Sequence record: PQ287644.1
Strand: one strand, 5' to 3'
Length of the DNA stretch: 64,000 nucleotides
Positions 28,111 through 36,534 of this stretch are shown piece after piece. The translations under genes and the position numbers were made by a program. The notes under the pieces are model-generated. The model saw nothing but the letters and a program-made list of their open reading frames with translations, made no database searches and was not told the origin of the DNA. Within the stretch, counting starts at the first letter, position 1; each line of letters begins with the position of its first letter.

Positions 28111-28572
28111 ATGAATAAATACTGCGATCTTTATGACGTATTGGAACGGTTTGTTGGGCTGGTTAAGCCTGTTGAATTTGGACTCCAACTGGGTTTTAAG
28201 GATCATCAGATCATCGGGGAGTTGAGATCTGTTGGTCTACACTTGCCGCGTCAATCGGGTAAAACGACCCTGTTGTCCAAGTGGTGTTCGAAACACCCTG
28301 ACGAAGTGTTCATCGTACACGGGTCTTCTCCATGGTTGGAAGCTTTCAAAAGACTCTCAAACCTTCCCGAACTCCCCCCTTGGGTTTCGATCTCCAAAAT
28401 ACGAGACAACCAACCCTTGCTTACGGATCCCTCGACCCTGAAGAAGATTAAATACGTGGTCGTCTATGGTTCGTCGGTTATTTTCTCCTACTGTGGACTC
28501 AAGCGTAAAGACTTCAACCAATGGGTGGCTGACACCTTTGGAACTGAAATCGTGGTGATCCATTTAGGTTAA
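28111..28572 (+). CDS. Small P-loop protein
   Basis: LHLPRQSGKTT is a terminase/helicase-like Walker A; 153 aa. Confidence 0.55.
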   Translation: MNKYCDLYDVLERFVGLVKPVEFGLQLGFKDHQIIGELRSVGLHLPRQSGKTTLLSKWCSKHPDEVFIVHGSSPWLEAFKRLSNLPELPPWVSISKIRDNQPLLTDPSTLKKIKYVVVYGSSVIFSYCGLKRKDFNQWVADTFGTEIVVIHLG

Positions 28573-28578
28573 GTTTAC

Positions 28579-28654
28579 TCCGTGATAGCTCAGTAGGTAG
28601 AGCAACTGTTTCGTAAACAGTAGGTCCCGGGTTCGAACCCTGGTCACGGAACCA
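28579..28654 (+). tRNA. tRNA-Thr(CGU)
   Basis: 76-nt cloverleaf: acceptor TCCGTGA/TCACGGA, D stem GCTC/GAGC, anticodon stem ACTGT/ACAGT with loop TTCGTAA, TTCGAAC T-loop, encoded CCA. Confidence 0.97.
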
Positions 28655-28656
28655 AA

Positions 28657-28795
28657 CATCGTTACCCCAAAGACTGGGACACACAGGCTCGGCACTACCC
28701 TCCCCCAGATGCCCTGCACTGTCCCGCTCCGCCAGCCATCCTGTTCTCTTCTCTCTTCCAGGGTGGACCGCGGCTTCTTGACAGGGGTGACGGTG
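28657..28795 (+). ncRNA. Candidate ncRNA co-transcribed with tRNA-Thr
   Basis: 12-bp closing helix with two G-U pairs and two inner hairpins with 15-nt pyrimidine-rich loops. Lies between the tRNA CCA and a terminator. Confidence 0.5.
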
Positions 28796-28797
28796 TA

Positions 28798-28834
28798 CCT
28801 GTTCCCTACCCCTCTGAGAAAGGTAGGGAACAGG
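28798..28834 (+). terminator. Terminator hairpin (CCTACC family)
   Basis: 13-bp stem cctgttccctacc/ggtagggaacagg followed by cctttcttt. Confidence 0.75.
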
Positions 28835-28870
28835 ACCTTTCTTTATCCGCTATGTGCAGAGGATACCGTC

Positions 28871-29167
28871 ATGTCGTTCATTATAAAGATCATGCGAGAG
28901 GACTGTGGGAATGGCACCTCCCGTGACTATGAAGGCATTATTGTGGGTCAGGGGGATCGGTTTGCTATATCTTGGGACCCACATAAGGAACGGCGGGAGC
29001 TCACGGTTGAGTTTGCCGATGGGAGAACCTTGCTCCGGGTGATTGATGGGGATCTGTACGTGGTGAACGCGGACGGTAAGACCATTTCCGGTACCCTCAA
29101 GAATAAGCCCTTGTTCCCCGGTACTTCCCACTCGAACCCCCGAGACAAACTCTCTTCTAAGCTCTAA
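28871..29167 (+). CDS. Small hypothetical protein
   Basis: RBS gagga and ATG at 28871; 98 aa. Confidence 0.55.
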   Translation: MSFIIKIMREDCGNGTSRDYEGIIVGQGDRFAISWDPHKERRELTVEFADGRTLLRVIDGDLYVVNADGKTISGTLKNKPLFPGTSHSNPRDKLSSKL

Positions 29168-29187
29168 CCCGTAAACACCGTGTAAAC

Positions 29188-29222
29188 ACCCTCCTACCTC
29201 CTTTACAGGGAGGTAGGAGGGT
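29188..29222. terminator. Intergenic hairpin (CCTACC family)
   Basis: accctcctacctcc/ggaggtaggagggt. Confidence 0.75.
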
Positions 29223-29244
29223 TTATTACGGTATAGCGTATTTT

Positions 29245-29257
29245 AAACCTAGATTAT
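29245..29257 (+). promoter_or_regulatory. Putative early promoter
   Basis: ttttaaacctagattat, 30 nt before an ATG. Confidence 0.55.
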
Positions 29258-29286
29258 TGATGCGTTAAGCCACGAGGAATAAATCA

Positions 29287-29823
29287 ATGTTTACTGAAAA
29301 ACAAATGGAAGAACTTACCAGTGCTCGTAGAGAGGATGTGTGGAGTTATGACATATTTGAAATGACACTATTCCTGATGGAAACAGAGTGTGATGGTGGC
29401 GTCCCCTTCTTGAAACATATCATCATGTACAGTTTCAAGAAGATGCTCTCTGGAGAATCACTAGATCGTTATGCGATTGGACTGATGAATAAAATGATCT
29501 ACGATACTGAAGGCCGTGATGCCAAGGGAATCGTAGAAAGGAGTGTATTACAACGATTGACTGAGAGTGATATCCTGGAAGCCCACGCCTACCTTAATGT
29601 TTACATCACCAAAGCTAAGGAATTCCTGGAAGACCTCAGTAAACGTTTCCCTGATCACTCCCAGAGTGTCAGCCGAGAAGAAACACCCAAAAAGTTCTGC
29701 TTTGCGAATAAACCGGCTCAGGAAGGGACGGTCAGGGAACTCGCCGCTAAATACGGTAAGTCGATCAGTGAAATCCGTAAACTCAAAGCGACCGGTCGTC
29801 TTCATGAACTAGCACAGGGGTAA
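29287..29823 (+). CDS. Hypothetical protein with C-terminal HTH-like motif
   Basis: GTVRELAAKYGKSISEIRKLK at the C-terminus. Confidence 0.55.
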   Translation: MFTEKQMEELTSARREDVWSYDIFEMTLFLMETECDGGVPFLKHIIMYSFKKMLSGESLDRYAIGLMNKMIYDTEGRDAKGIVERSVLQRLTESDILEAHAYLNVYITKAKEFLEDLSKRFPDHSQSVSREETPKKFCFANKPAQEGTVRELAAKYGKSISEIRKLKATGRLHELAQG

Positions 29824-29829
29824 TTGGTC

Positions 29830-29970
29830 ATGTTTTGGAAATTCACGTGTTACAACAAGGACACTTGGGAAGCCCCCCACCAAATGACCTTGATAGAAGC
29901 GGTTGAACTCTTTTTGCGAGAAACCCAATACACCCAGTGGGATATTCACTTCGTTGAGAATCTCCACTAA
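29830..29970 (+). CDS. Small hypothetical protein (46 aa, absent from the ORF track)
   Basis: MFWKFTCYNKDTWEAP...ENLH fills the gap; RBS aggggt. Confidence 0.45.
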   Translation: MFWKFTCYNKDTWEAPHQMTLIEAVELFLRETQYTQWDIHFVENLH

Positions 29971-30009
29971 ACCGTTGTTAAACAATCTGTTAAACAGAAG
30001 GGTAGCATT

Positions 30010-30777
30010 ATGAAACCTTTTCGTGTACCTGCTGGACGTCTCAGTAAAGAACGACTGGAATGGGTCATCCAGAATCGTAAAGAAAAGAAACGCGAATGTC
30101 CCTTTGGCGCGGCTCACTTCCCCAAAGGAACGATCGCGGTGTTCGAGTCCCCAACCCAGCGTTTTTTGAAAGAGGACGAACGTGAGTTTCCTGGTCAGCG
30201 GTACGCAACGTTCGAAGCGGAAGTGGAGGGTGTAGTCCCCAATGGGCCGAACAGTTGGGTGGCTGTTCTAAAGGACCGTGCGGCGATTAACGTCGACTGG
30301 GCGCGCAAGATCATTAAACGGGGGGATGGTCCTCTCCGCGCTGAGGAGAATGACGTGGAGGACAGTCTGTGGAAAACCAGAGCCACCCACCCCCTGGATC
30401 CTGACACCCACCTTCCCATCAACAAACACCCCAACTACTACTACATCGACTCGATCTATCATTTCATCTACGGAAAATTGGAAGAGGTTAATAAAAATAA
30501 CTTCGCCACTCATCTGATCGATGTGGATAAGTTGATTTCGCTGATGTGCGGCGATATCATTCGTCAGGCAACCTCCTGTGGTGATGGTGTTTACTGCCAT
30601 TATCTCATCAGTAAGAAGAAGTTTCGCAAGATCTTCAACCGTTGTCTGCCGCGTGCGCGCACCAGCAGGCGTAAGGAAGCTGAACGTCAGGCCAGGATCG
30701 AAGCATTCGAATACAACAGGTCGTTTGATGACCGTTATGAAGACGATTATGACGACCCGGGAGTGGAAAATGACTGA
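30010..30777 (+). CDS. Hypothetical protein
   Basis: 255 aa. Confidence 0.6.
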   Translation: MKPFRVPAGRLSKERLEWVIQNRKEKKRECPFGAAHFPKGTIAVFESPTQRFLKEDEREFPGQRYATFEAEVEGVVPNGPNSWVAVLKDRAAINVDWARKIIKRGDGPLRAEENDVEDSLWKTRATHPLDPDTHLPINKHPNYYYIDSIYHFIYGKLEEVNKNNFATHLIDVDKLISLMCGDIIRQATSCGDGVYCHYLISKKKFRKIFNRCLPRARTSRRKEAERQARIEAFEYNRSFDDRYEDDYDDPGVEND

Positions 30778-31267
30778 TCGAATAATTCAAAATGAAACAC
30801 TTCCCCCTTCTCCTAACGATCACCGTAAGGTTACTGAGGATATGAAACTCAATCTGCGTGAAGAGTTTGAGTTTCATATGAAGAAAAAACATCTTCAGCC
30901 GGTGAAGGGTGCAAACAAAGCGGAGGTCTACCTGGAGAAGGACCAGGAAGGGAAATACAAAGACAAGAGAACCTTCTGGATGTTCAGAGGGTTCAAAATT
31001 TATCACAATAACGTACTGTTCCAAAATAACGTCACTCAAGAACACTATACCAACCCGATTGGACGTTACGTTATTGGGAGGGTAGGTGAAAATGGTGTCG
31101 TGTATATGTCACCTCGACCTTACAGACATTCCTCCAGAGCGCGCGCTCTTACGGAAGCTAAAAGGTTAAGGGCGGAGAATAACGCTACATTCGCGGTCTT
31201 TCGTTGCATTGAAGTACTACACGCCCCTGAACCTGAAGACCACTCCACTCTGTCTTTAAAGGAATAA
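30770..31267 (+). CDS. Hypothetical protein
   Basis: ATG at 30770 with RBS ggag; 165 aa. Confidence 0.55.
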   Translation: MTDRIIQNETLPPSPNDHRKVTEDMKLNLREEFEFHMKKKHLQPVKGANKAEVYLEKDQEGKYKDKRTFWMFRGFKIYHNNVLFQNNVTQEHYTNPIGRYVIGRVGENGVVYMSPRPYRHSSRARALTEAKRLRAENNATFAVFRCIEVLHAPEPEDHSTLSLKE

Positions 31268-31276
31268 CCCCTGCGT

Positions 31277-31333
31277 GAAGGAGGGGACTCACGTAAATGC
31301 CGTTAAATCACACGTGTAGTCCCCCAACCCTTC
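31277..31333. other. Extended intergenic hairpin
   Basis: gaagg/ccttc, ggggact/agtcccc and cacgt/acgtg stacked stems. Confidence 0.45.
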
Positions 31334-31432
31334 TTTAAACGGGTCTTCGGTAGAACCGGGGTGGTTTACTTAATAGGTCGTTTAGCCTTTAAGCTACCGA
31401 GAGTGACAGATTAGATACCCCATCACTGTATT

Positions 31433-32284
31433 TTGGAGAAGGTTGTGAAACATAAAGAAACACCCTTTCAACGAGCCAGCTGTGGTCATGTCCTTCAGGT
31501 CGGTGACAACGGGTCTTGCCATGTGGGGGATCGCGGGACCGCCATCGCTGGAAAAAATAGCCTCGCCACCGCTGCGAACAATGGACACGCTGTTTCTGGA
31601 GACTATGGGACTGCCACCGCTGGAAAGAAAGGGAAAGCTACCGCTGGAGATTGGGGGACTGCTATCGTTGGACTCGATGACGTCGCGTCTGCTGGAAAGA
31701 ATGGAAAGATCCACATCCAGTACTTCGACAGTGAAGCCAATCGTTACCGCACAGCAGTTGGATATATCGGTGAGGACGGTCTCGAACCTGGCGTTCCTTA
31801 CCAATTGGATGAAAACCACGAGTTCGTAAAGGGAGACATTGCCATGACAAAATTCTCTACAGAGGGCCACGTGACTATACTCTTCCGAGGATTGGGTGTA
31901 GGTCTTATCAACGTCCAGGTCGTAAGGGTCACTAAGGGTATAGGACATCCCAAACCCTTTTTCCATATTGAGGGATCTGAAGACAAGGGTTACCGTTTGC
32001 TTCATAACGGGAGTGAATGGATTGATCAGGTCTTTGAGGCTAAGAAAGCTGTACTCTTCATTGAGTCCCTCTACCCCCCTGTGACACCCGATAAAGAGAC
32101 CGTGAAACTTACGGTGCCTGAGGATCAGCAAATCCTGGTTAAAGTACGTCGTGTGAATAAGCTGGCCTTGGATGCTGTTGTGTTCCACATCGATACCCTG
32201 GGCGGTGCGTATCAGGTATCTTATACCGATCAGCTGACCTCCGATCTCAATCAATTGACTCATGTTGAGTTAGTGGCAATTTAA
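31433..32284 (+). CDS. GDxGTAxA octapeptide-repeat protein fused in frame to a second ORF (ATG 31844)
   Basis: Repeats GDRGTAIA, GDYGTATA, GKKGKATA, GDWGTAIV, then YQLDENHEFV. Internal RBS plus ATG at 31844. Confidence 0.55.
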   Translation: MEKVVKHKETPFQRASCGHVLQVGDNGSCHVGDRGTAIAGKNSLATAANNGHAVSGDYGTATAGKKGKATAGDWGTAIVGLDDVASAGKNGKIHIQYFDSEANRYRTAVGYIGEDGLEPGVPYQLDENHEFVKGDIAMTKFSTEGHVTILFRGLGVGLINVQVVRVTKGIGHPKPFFHIEGSEDKGYRLLHNGSEWIDQVFEAKKAVLFIESLYPPVTPDKETVKLTVPEDQQILVKVRRVNKLALDAVVFHIDTLGGAYQVSYTDQLTSDLNQLTHVELVAI

Positions 32285-32295
32285 GGACGTCAATC

Positions 32296-32541
32296 ATGGC
32301 TAAAAAGAACCTTAAGGTGTTCAAGACCCACGGGGAATTCGATACGGAGGTGATTCGTCGTGCTCGACTTATCCTCGACGCCAGGGGTTACCGGGGGAAG
32401 ATATGTGTGAACGCACTCGGTGAAAGTCCTGTATGGGATAGAGCGGGCCGTACAGTAGACGGTCATCGTCTGATCGACGACGACACCATCGCCGAAGTGG
32501 CTCGGGAGGTGGTTTATGAGAGCCTTGATCGAGGAGAGTAA
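32296..32541 (+). CDS. Small hypothetical protein
   Basis: 81 aa; RBS aagga. Confidence 0.55.
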   Translation: MAKKNLKVFKTHGEFDTEVIRRARLILDARGYRGKICVNALGESPVWDRAGRTVDGHRLIDDDTIAEVAREVVYESLDRGE

Positions 32542-32589
32542 GTTTTAACACGTTGACCGTATTATATACGGACAACATGTCGTTTTAAT

Positions 32590-32900
32590 CCGCGTCTGCG
32601 GGTCCCGCCTGAACTTAAGGGTGATAAGGTGTGGTACTCGTCGAGTATGAGCTTGGCAAAGCTCATACTCCGAACCCTATGGACGGTATAGCCGCTATCG
32701 TCAAGTCACACTGTTCAGCTATTGACCTGGACTTCAGTCTCCTTTTCGGTGCTGTCGGCGGGAAGGTTGTCGGACGGTGGGGCGGCTTGTGAAGGTGCTA
32801 AACTAGCGCTGGTTGAACGCCTAGCAAGTTAAGGGGAGGAGGGACAGTCATCGGCTCTAAGCGGGTGGGTTCCTCCTCCCCTCGCTCCTTTTATTTTTTG
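32590..32900 (+). ncRNA. Candidate ~300-nt structured ncRNA
   Basis: No ORF of 60 aa or more in 32580-32960. Helices ctgaac/gttcag, gtgtg/cacac, a 12-bp perfect hairpin, gacg-atag/ctat-cgtc and cctttt/ggaagg, then a terminal 11-bp stem with U-tract. Confidence 0.55.
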
Positions 32901-32987
32901 TCTTAATGCCGTGTTACTCGACCGGTTTCTAACGGATACAGGCAGTGCGAATATTATGTCTTATCCCTGACTTACCAAGAGGTTATA

Positions 32988-33467
32988 GTGATGTCGAAAA
33001 ACAACGATCAGAAGAACCCCTCCACTCCTGAGGACGAGAAGGCTAAAGCGGTAACCACCCCTCCGGTGACTCCTCCCGCCCAGGCAGCCAGCACTGCCCC
33101 TCAGACGCATCCCAAGGTCTCGGAAGACGAGAGTGAAGAGGATAACCAGGACTTCGACAACATTCTGATCAATGTACTGTCGCTCTATGACAACGGGGAG
33201 TTCAATAAAGAACTCCTTATTGATATGGTTGAAGAAGTCCGGAAGGTTACCCGTCCGGGTCTTATCCCGGAAGAATACTACATCGACGTCGCCGTACAGC
33301 GTTATGTGGAATTCGCTAAACGCAAGAAGATCGATCTGAAAAACCTGTCGATCCTGGTGGGTAATCCTGAAACCTCGGTAGAACTGCGTTCGCTGAACTT
33401 CTACCGTGCAATGGAAGGCCTGGCCCCGACCTTCTTTATGCCGTACATCATTGAAAGTAAAGAGTAA
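32988..33467 (+). CDS. Hypothetical protein, probably highly expressed
   Basis: 159 aa; disordered acidic N-half; C-ending codon bias. Confidence 0.65.
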   Translation: MMSKNNDQKNPSTPEDEKAKAVTTPPVTPPAQAASTAPQTHPKVSEDESEEDNQDFDNILINVLSLYDNGEFNKELLIDMVEEVRKVTRPGLIPEEYYIDVAVQRYVEFAKRKKIDLKNLSILVGNPETSVELRSLNFYRAMEGLAPTFFMPYIIESKE

Positions 33468-33480
33468 CACCGAATAAACT

Positions 33481-33518
33481 CCTAACCCCTAGCCCCTTTA
33501 ACAGGGCTAGGGGTTAGG
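33481..33518. terminator. Hairpin between convergent genes
   Basis: 15-bp stem cctaacccctagccc/gggctaggggttagg. Confidence 0.75.
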
Positions 33519-33539
33519 GGGTATAACGTTTATTTTTGA

Positions 33540-36512
33540 TTAAGCAAAGGGATTGGTATCAGGACTGTTCTCTTCAGGATTGGTCCCATCCTCATTGCCT
33601 TCTTCACCCTCAGAAGAGGTTTCTTCTTCCTCCTCTCCTTCAGTACCTGCTTCAGAACCTTCCTCTTCCTCTATACCCTCCGGTTGTTCCTCTTCCCCGG
33701 GAGGGGTATTCTCTAAGGCGTTCTGATCCCCTTCAGGGAGATTTGCCTTATCCCTGGCTTCTTGAAGGTCTTTATCAGCCTTATCGATCTTCTTGGCGTG
33801 TGCCTTAATGACCTTAGCATCCGCATCACGAGTCCCTGCAATCAAGGCTGCCAGGAACTCCCCGACATTCTGACGCTGACTCACAACGGCGTTCACCAAG
33901 GAAGCAAGACCACCACCCTTACCATCGTTGAGGATGTCATCAAATGGCATCGGGAGGTTATAACGCCTGAAGGCTTCAACCGTGAGGACTGACTTCACTT
34001 GCTCGTTAATTGCTGTCAGGTTCTTGTTATTACCTTCTCCATCATCGGATTCAGGAATACCCAAGAGCTCAGCAATCTGTTTCAAGTTACCCGAATGACC
34101 CGCCATAGCGACCCACGATTCCACCAGCTGACTCACCGTATCCAAACTGTCCTTGAGTTTAGCGGTTGTTTCAACAGAACTGGGGATGGGGAAGTGGGCT
34201 TTAAGGTTAGTCAAGAAGTCGACGAGAATGACCTTAATGATCTCTTCGTCAGACCCTTCCAGTTTCTCCTTACTGTCCGGTGACCAGAGTTTCTTATTCT
34301 CCGAGATCTTGGTCACCAACTTCTTCATTAAAGGCCCGTTCACGTGAGCATGCTTACGTTCGAAGTCAATAATGAAGTCTGCGAGGCGTTCTTGCCAGTT
34401 AACGATTTGGTTCAGGAGCATCTGGTGTTCAGCCAGGGCCTCAATCTGGAAGTTGTTCTGATCGTCACTGACATCCAACCAACTCCGAGACAGGTGGAAG
34501 TAGTTGGCGATCTTGTTCAACAGCTCCGTACGACTATTCTGATCGACCGGGCGGAAGATGTTCTTTTCCAATTGATCGAGCTGAATATCCGAGGCGGGGA
34601 AGTAAGGGTTCTCACCTGCGTTGACTTTAACCGTTAAGGAGTTCTCCCTCAAGGTATCCACAATCATGGGGACTGACAGTTGAGATGTTGAGAGAATACT
34701 GTGCAACCGTGGGTTAGCTTCAAAGAACGCTGCCCTAGTCGCCGCAATACCCGCAAAAGGCTCTGCGTCGTTCTCCTGGAGGTTAATCGTCATTTGGGTG
34801 TGGGGTGTAGCCGCCTCCAGGTTCGCCAACGCGTCAGCGAGGTCTAAGGCCGCTAAACGAGCAATGTGCATTTTAGCCATTTGAGTCAACGACTGACCAA
34901 TCCCTAAACGGTTATAGTTCAGGGCCATATAGGTCATTGCTTCCCCCGGGACATACAAACACCGAATCCCCTGTCTCCGGAAAATGCGTTGCAGGAAGAT
35001 CTTGTTGGCTTCCTCATCGATCTCAATGCTGATGTTCTCCCCACGACCACTGAGGACTGACTGCATGTACCGTCGAATGATATTCGATTTCGAGATCTCA
35101 ATGAACTCGGTCATATCGAAATCACATTCTTTCCCTTCTTGGATTTGACGAAGCTGTTGAACCAGGTTGTTCGTACTACCGTTTTTAGGGCGGTTAGCAA
35201 TCATACTGGCATTGCTTCGGTTACTCTGGTAGTACTCGAAGTCATTCGTATTCTTCAGGAAACTCCCATCCCGAGGATCCGTGAGTAGGATAAAATCCGT
35301 TTGAGTTCCATTACTCCCGTTAATGTGAATCGGAATCACCGCTTCACTGGGAACCTTGTAGGTAATCCCCCGTCCATAGGGTGCGATCTTCAAGGCATCG
35401 ACGGGTTTACTGAATTGAATGATCTGACTCACCGGATTCCGTTGAGGGAACAAACGGTTACTCAACTCGTTCAATTCACCTTCCGTTAAGTTAACGGTAG
35501 TGGCTTGAGGATCAGCAGGCTTCTTACGTTTGCGTTTCTTACCATCCGCATCCGTATAGTGCTGTTGATCATCTCCAGGGTTCGTACGAGCCACCAGAGC
35601 GGTTTGGATAATAAGGTCCAACCCTTCCGCTCCCGTTACCGCGGCAACATTCGACCGACGTTTACTTTCCTCGAACTTCTGGAGGTACAAGACCGCTGGG
35701 TTATCGGTCAGGGTAATATCAATCAGCTGAGCCAATTCCTTCGAGACAGAGTCTTTATCGTCTTCAAAGATATTGAATTCCACTCCAGCATTCTGAGAAG
35801 AAGGGTTCAGGAAAAGGGATTCTAGACCACTGACGGTGTTATTTGTATTATGACTGGTTCTATTACCGACAAAGACACCTTTGTTCTTCACCCGGACTTT
35901 ACCGTTGACGACTACGAACTCATGACTTAGCATTTCTTTAGCCTGGGTCATGAACTGTTCGTTACCGGCAACATCCCCGGATTGCTCCGCACCATTAATC
36001 AAATAATCGAGACCTGGTCGACTCAAGTTAAACAGCACATAACTCCCGGTATTGAAGAGAATATCCGCGATCATTTCCCTCAAATCTTTCTCGATCTTAT
36101 AGTCATTGGTATAGTAGCCATCCCAGATGGTGAGGAGTTCATCATGCAATTTTGCATTTTTAATAGGGGACGGTTGGGTGTCGTAGGTGAGGATTTTGTC
36201 TTGCTTCCCATTGGGGTAGAGTAGACACGTCTGCCAGATCAAGGTGGCTTTGTCGATATACGGCGTGATTAACCGCAAATCAGTAGCCGCGTTAATGTTG
36301 TTGCTGATGATATTACTCAGCTTTTCCAGTTTGTAAGGGTTAACCGTCCGATAACCGTTGATCTCATCCTTTTCAGGGGATGAACCGTTACGAGGCGTAG
36401 CATTACGCAGGGTCGCTGCAACCACTGGGTTTTGAGTCGTCAACGATTTACGCAAAGCAGCAAAATCCACCTGCGTGTTACCCTTGGACTGTCTACGAGA
36501 TGTATCGACCAT
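33540..36512 (-). CDS. Probable portal protein (phiKZ gp129-like)
   Basis: ~990 aa, ATG at 36512 with RBS gaggt. Divergent from a baseplate-like gene as in recalled phiKZ-like synteny. Several G/S/A-x-E sites and an acidic tail. Confidence 0.55.
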   Translation of the reverse strand: MVDTSRRQSKGNTQVDFAALRKSLTTQNPVVAATLRNATPRNGSSPEKDEINGYRTVNPYKLEKLSNIISNNINAATDLRLITPYIDKATLIWQTCLLYPNGKQDKILTYDTQPSPIKNAKLHDELLTIWDGYYTNDYKIEKDLREMIADILFNTGSYVLFNLSRPGLDYLINGAEQSGDVAGNEQFMTQAKEMLSHEFVVVNGKVRVKNKGVFVGNRTSHNTNNTVSGLESLFLNPSSQNAGVEFNIFEDDKDSVSKELAQLIDITLTDNPAVLYLQKFEESKRRSNVAAVTGAEGLDLIIQTALVARTNPGDDQQHYTDADGKKRKRKKPADPQATTVNLTEGELNELSNRLFPQRNPVSQIIQFSKPVDALKIAPYGRGITYKVPSEAVIPIHINGSNGTQTDFILLTDPRDGSFLKNTNDFEYYQSNRSNASMIANRPKNGSTNNLVQQLRQIQEGKECDFDMTEFIEISKSNIIRRYMQSVLSGRGENISIEIDEEANKIFLQRIFRRQGIRCLYVPGEAMTYMALNYNRLGIGQSLTQMAKMHIARLAALDLADALANLEAATPHTQMTINLQENDAEPFAGIAATRAAFFEANPRLHSILSTSQLSVPMIVDTLRENSLTVKVNAGENPYFPASDIQLDQLEKNIFRPVDQNSRTELLNKIANYFHLSRSWLDVSDDQNNFQIEALAEHQMLLNQIVNWQERLADFIIDFERKHAHVNGPLMKKLVTKISENKKLWSPDSKEKLEGSDEEIIKVILVDFLTNLKAHFPIPSSVETTAKLKDSLDTVSQLVESWVAMAGHSGNLKQIAELLGIPESDDGEGNNKNLTAINEQVKSVLTVEAFRRYNLPMPFDDILNDGKGGGLASLVNAVVSQRQNVGEFLAALIAGTRDADAKVIKAHAKKIDKADKDLQEARDKANLPEGDQNALENTPPGEEEQPEGIEEEEGSEAGTEGEEEEETSSEGEEGNEDGTNPEENSPDTNPFA

Positions 36513-36534
36513 TCTTAACCTCTTCGAGCGAACT

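Noticed and set aside
28111-28572. Terminase large subunit call from RQSGKT
   Set aside because: Only 153 aa, with no Walker B or nuclease domain.
28709-28870. Upstream extension of ORF 28709..29167
   Set aside because: It overlaps the structured RNA and terminator; the RBS supports ATG 28871.
32603-32620. cccgcctgaacttaag resembles the 5' region of eukaryotic LSU rRNA
   Set aside because: The match is short and imperfect with no further rRNA similarity; chance.
32575-32900. tmRNA hypothesis (prompted by the nearby SspB)
   Set aside because: No GGGGC 5' end, no TTCRA T-loop with an acceptor ending in CCA, and no tag ORF ending in AA-type residues was found.
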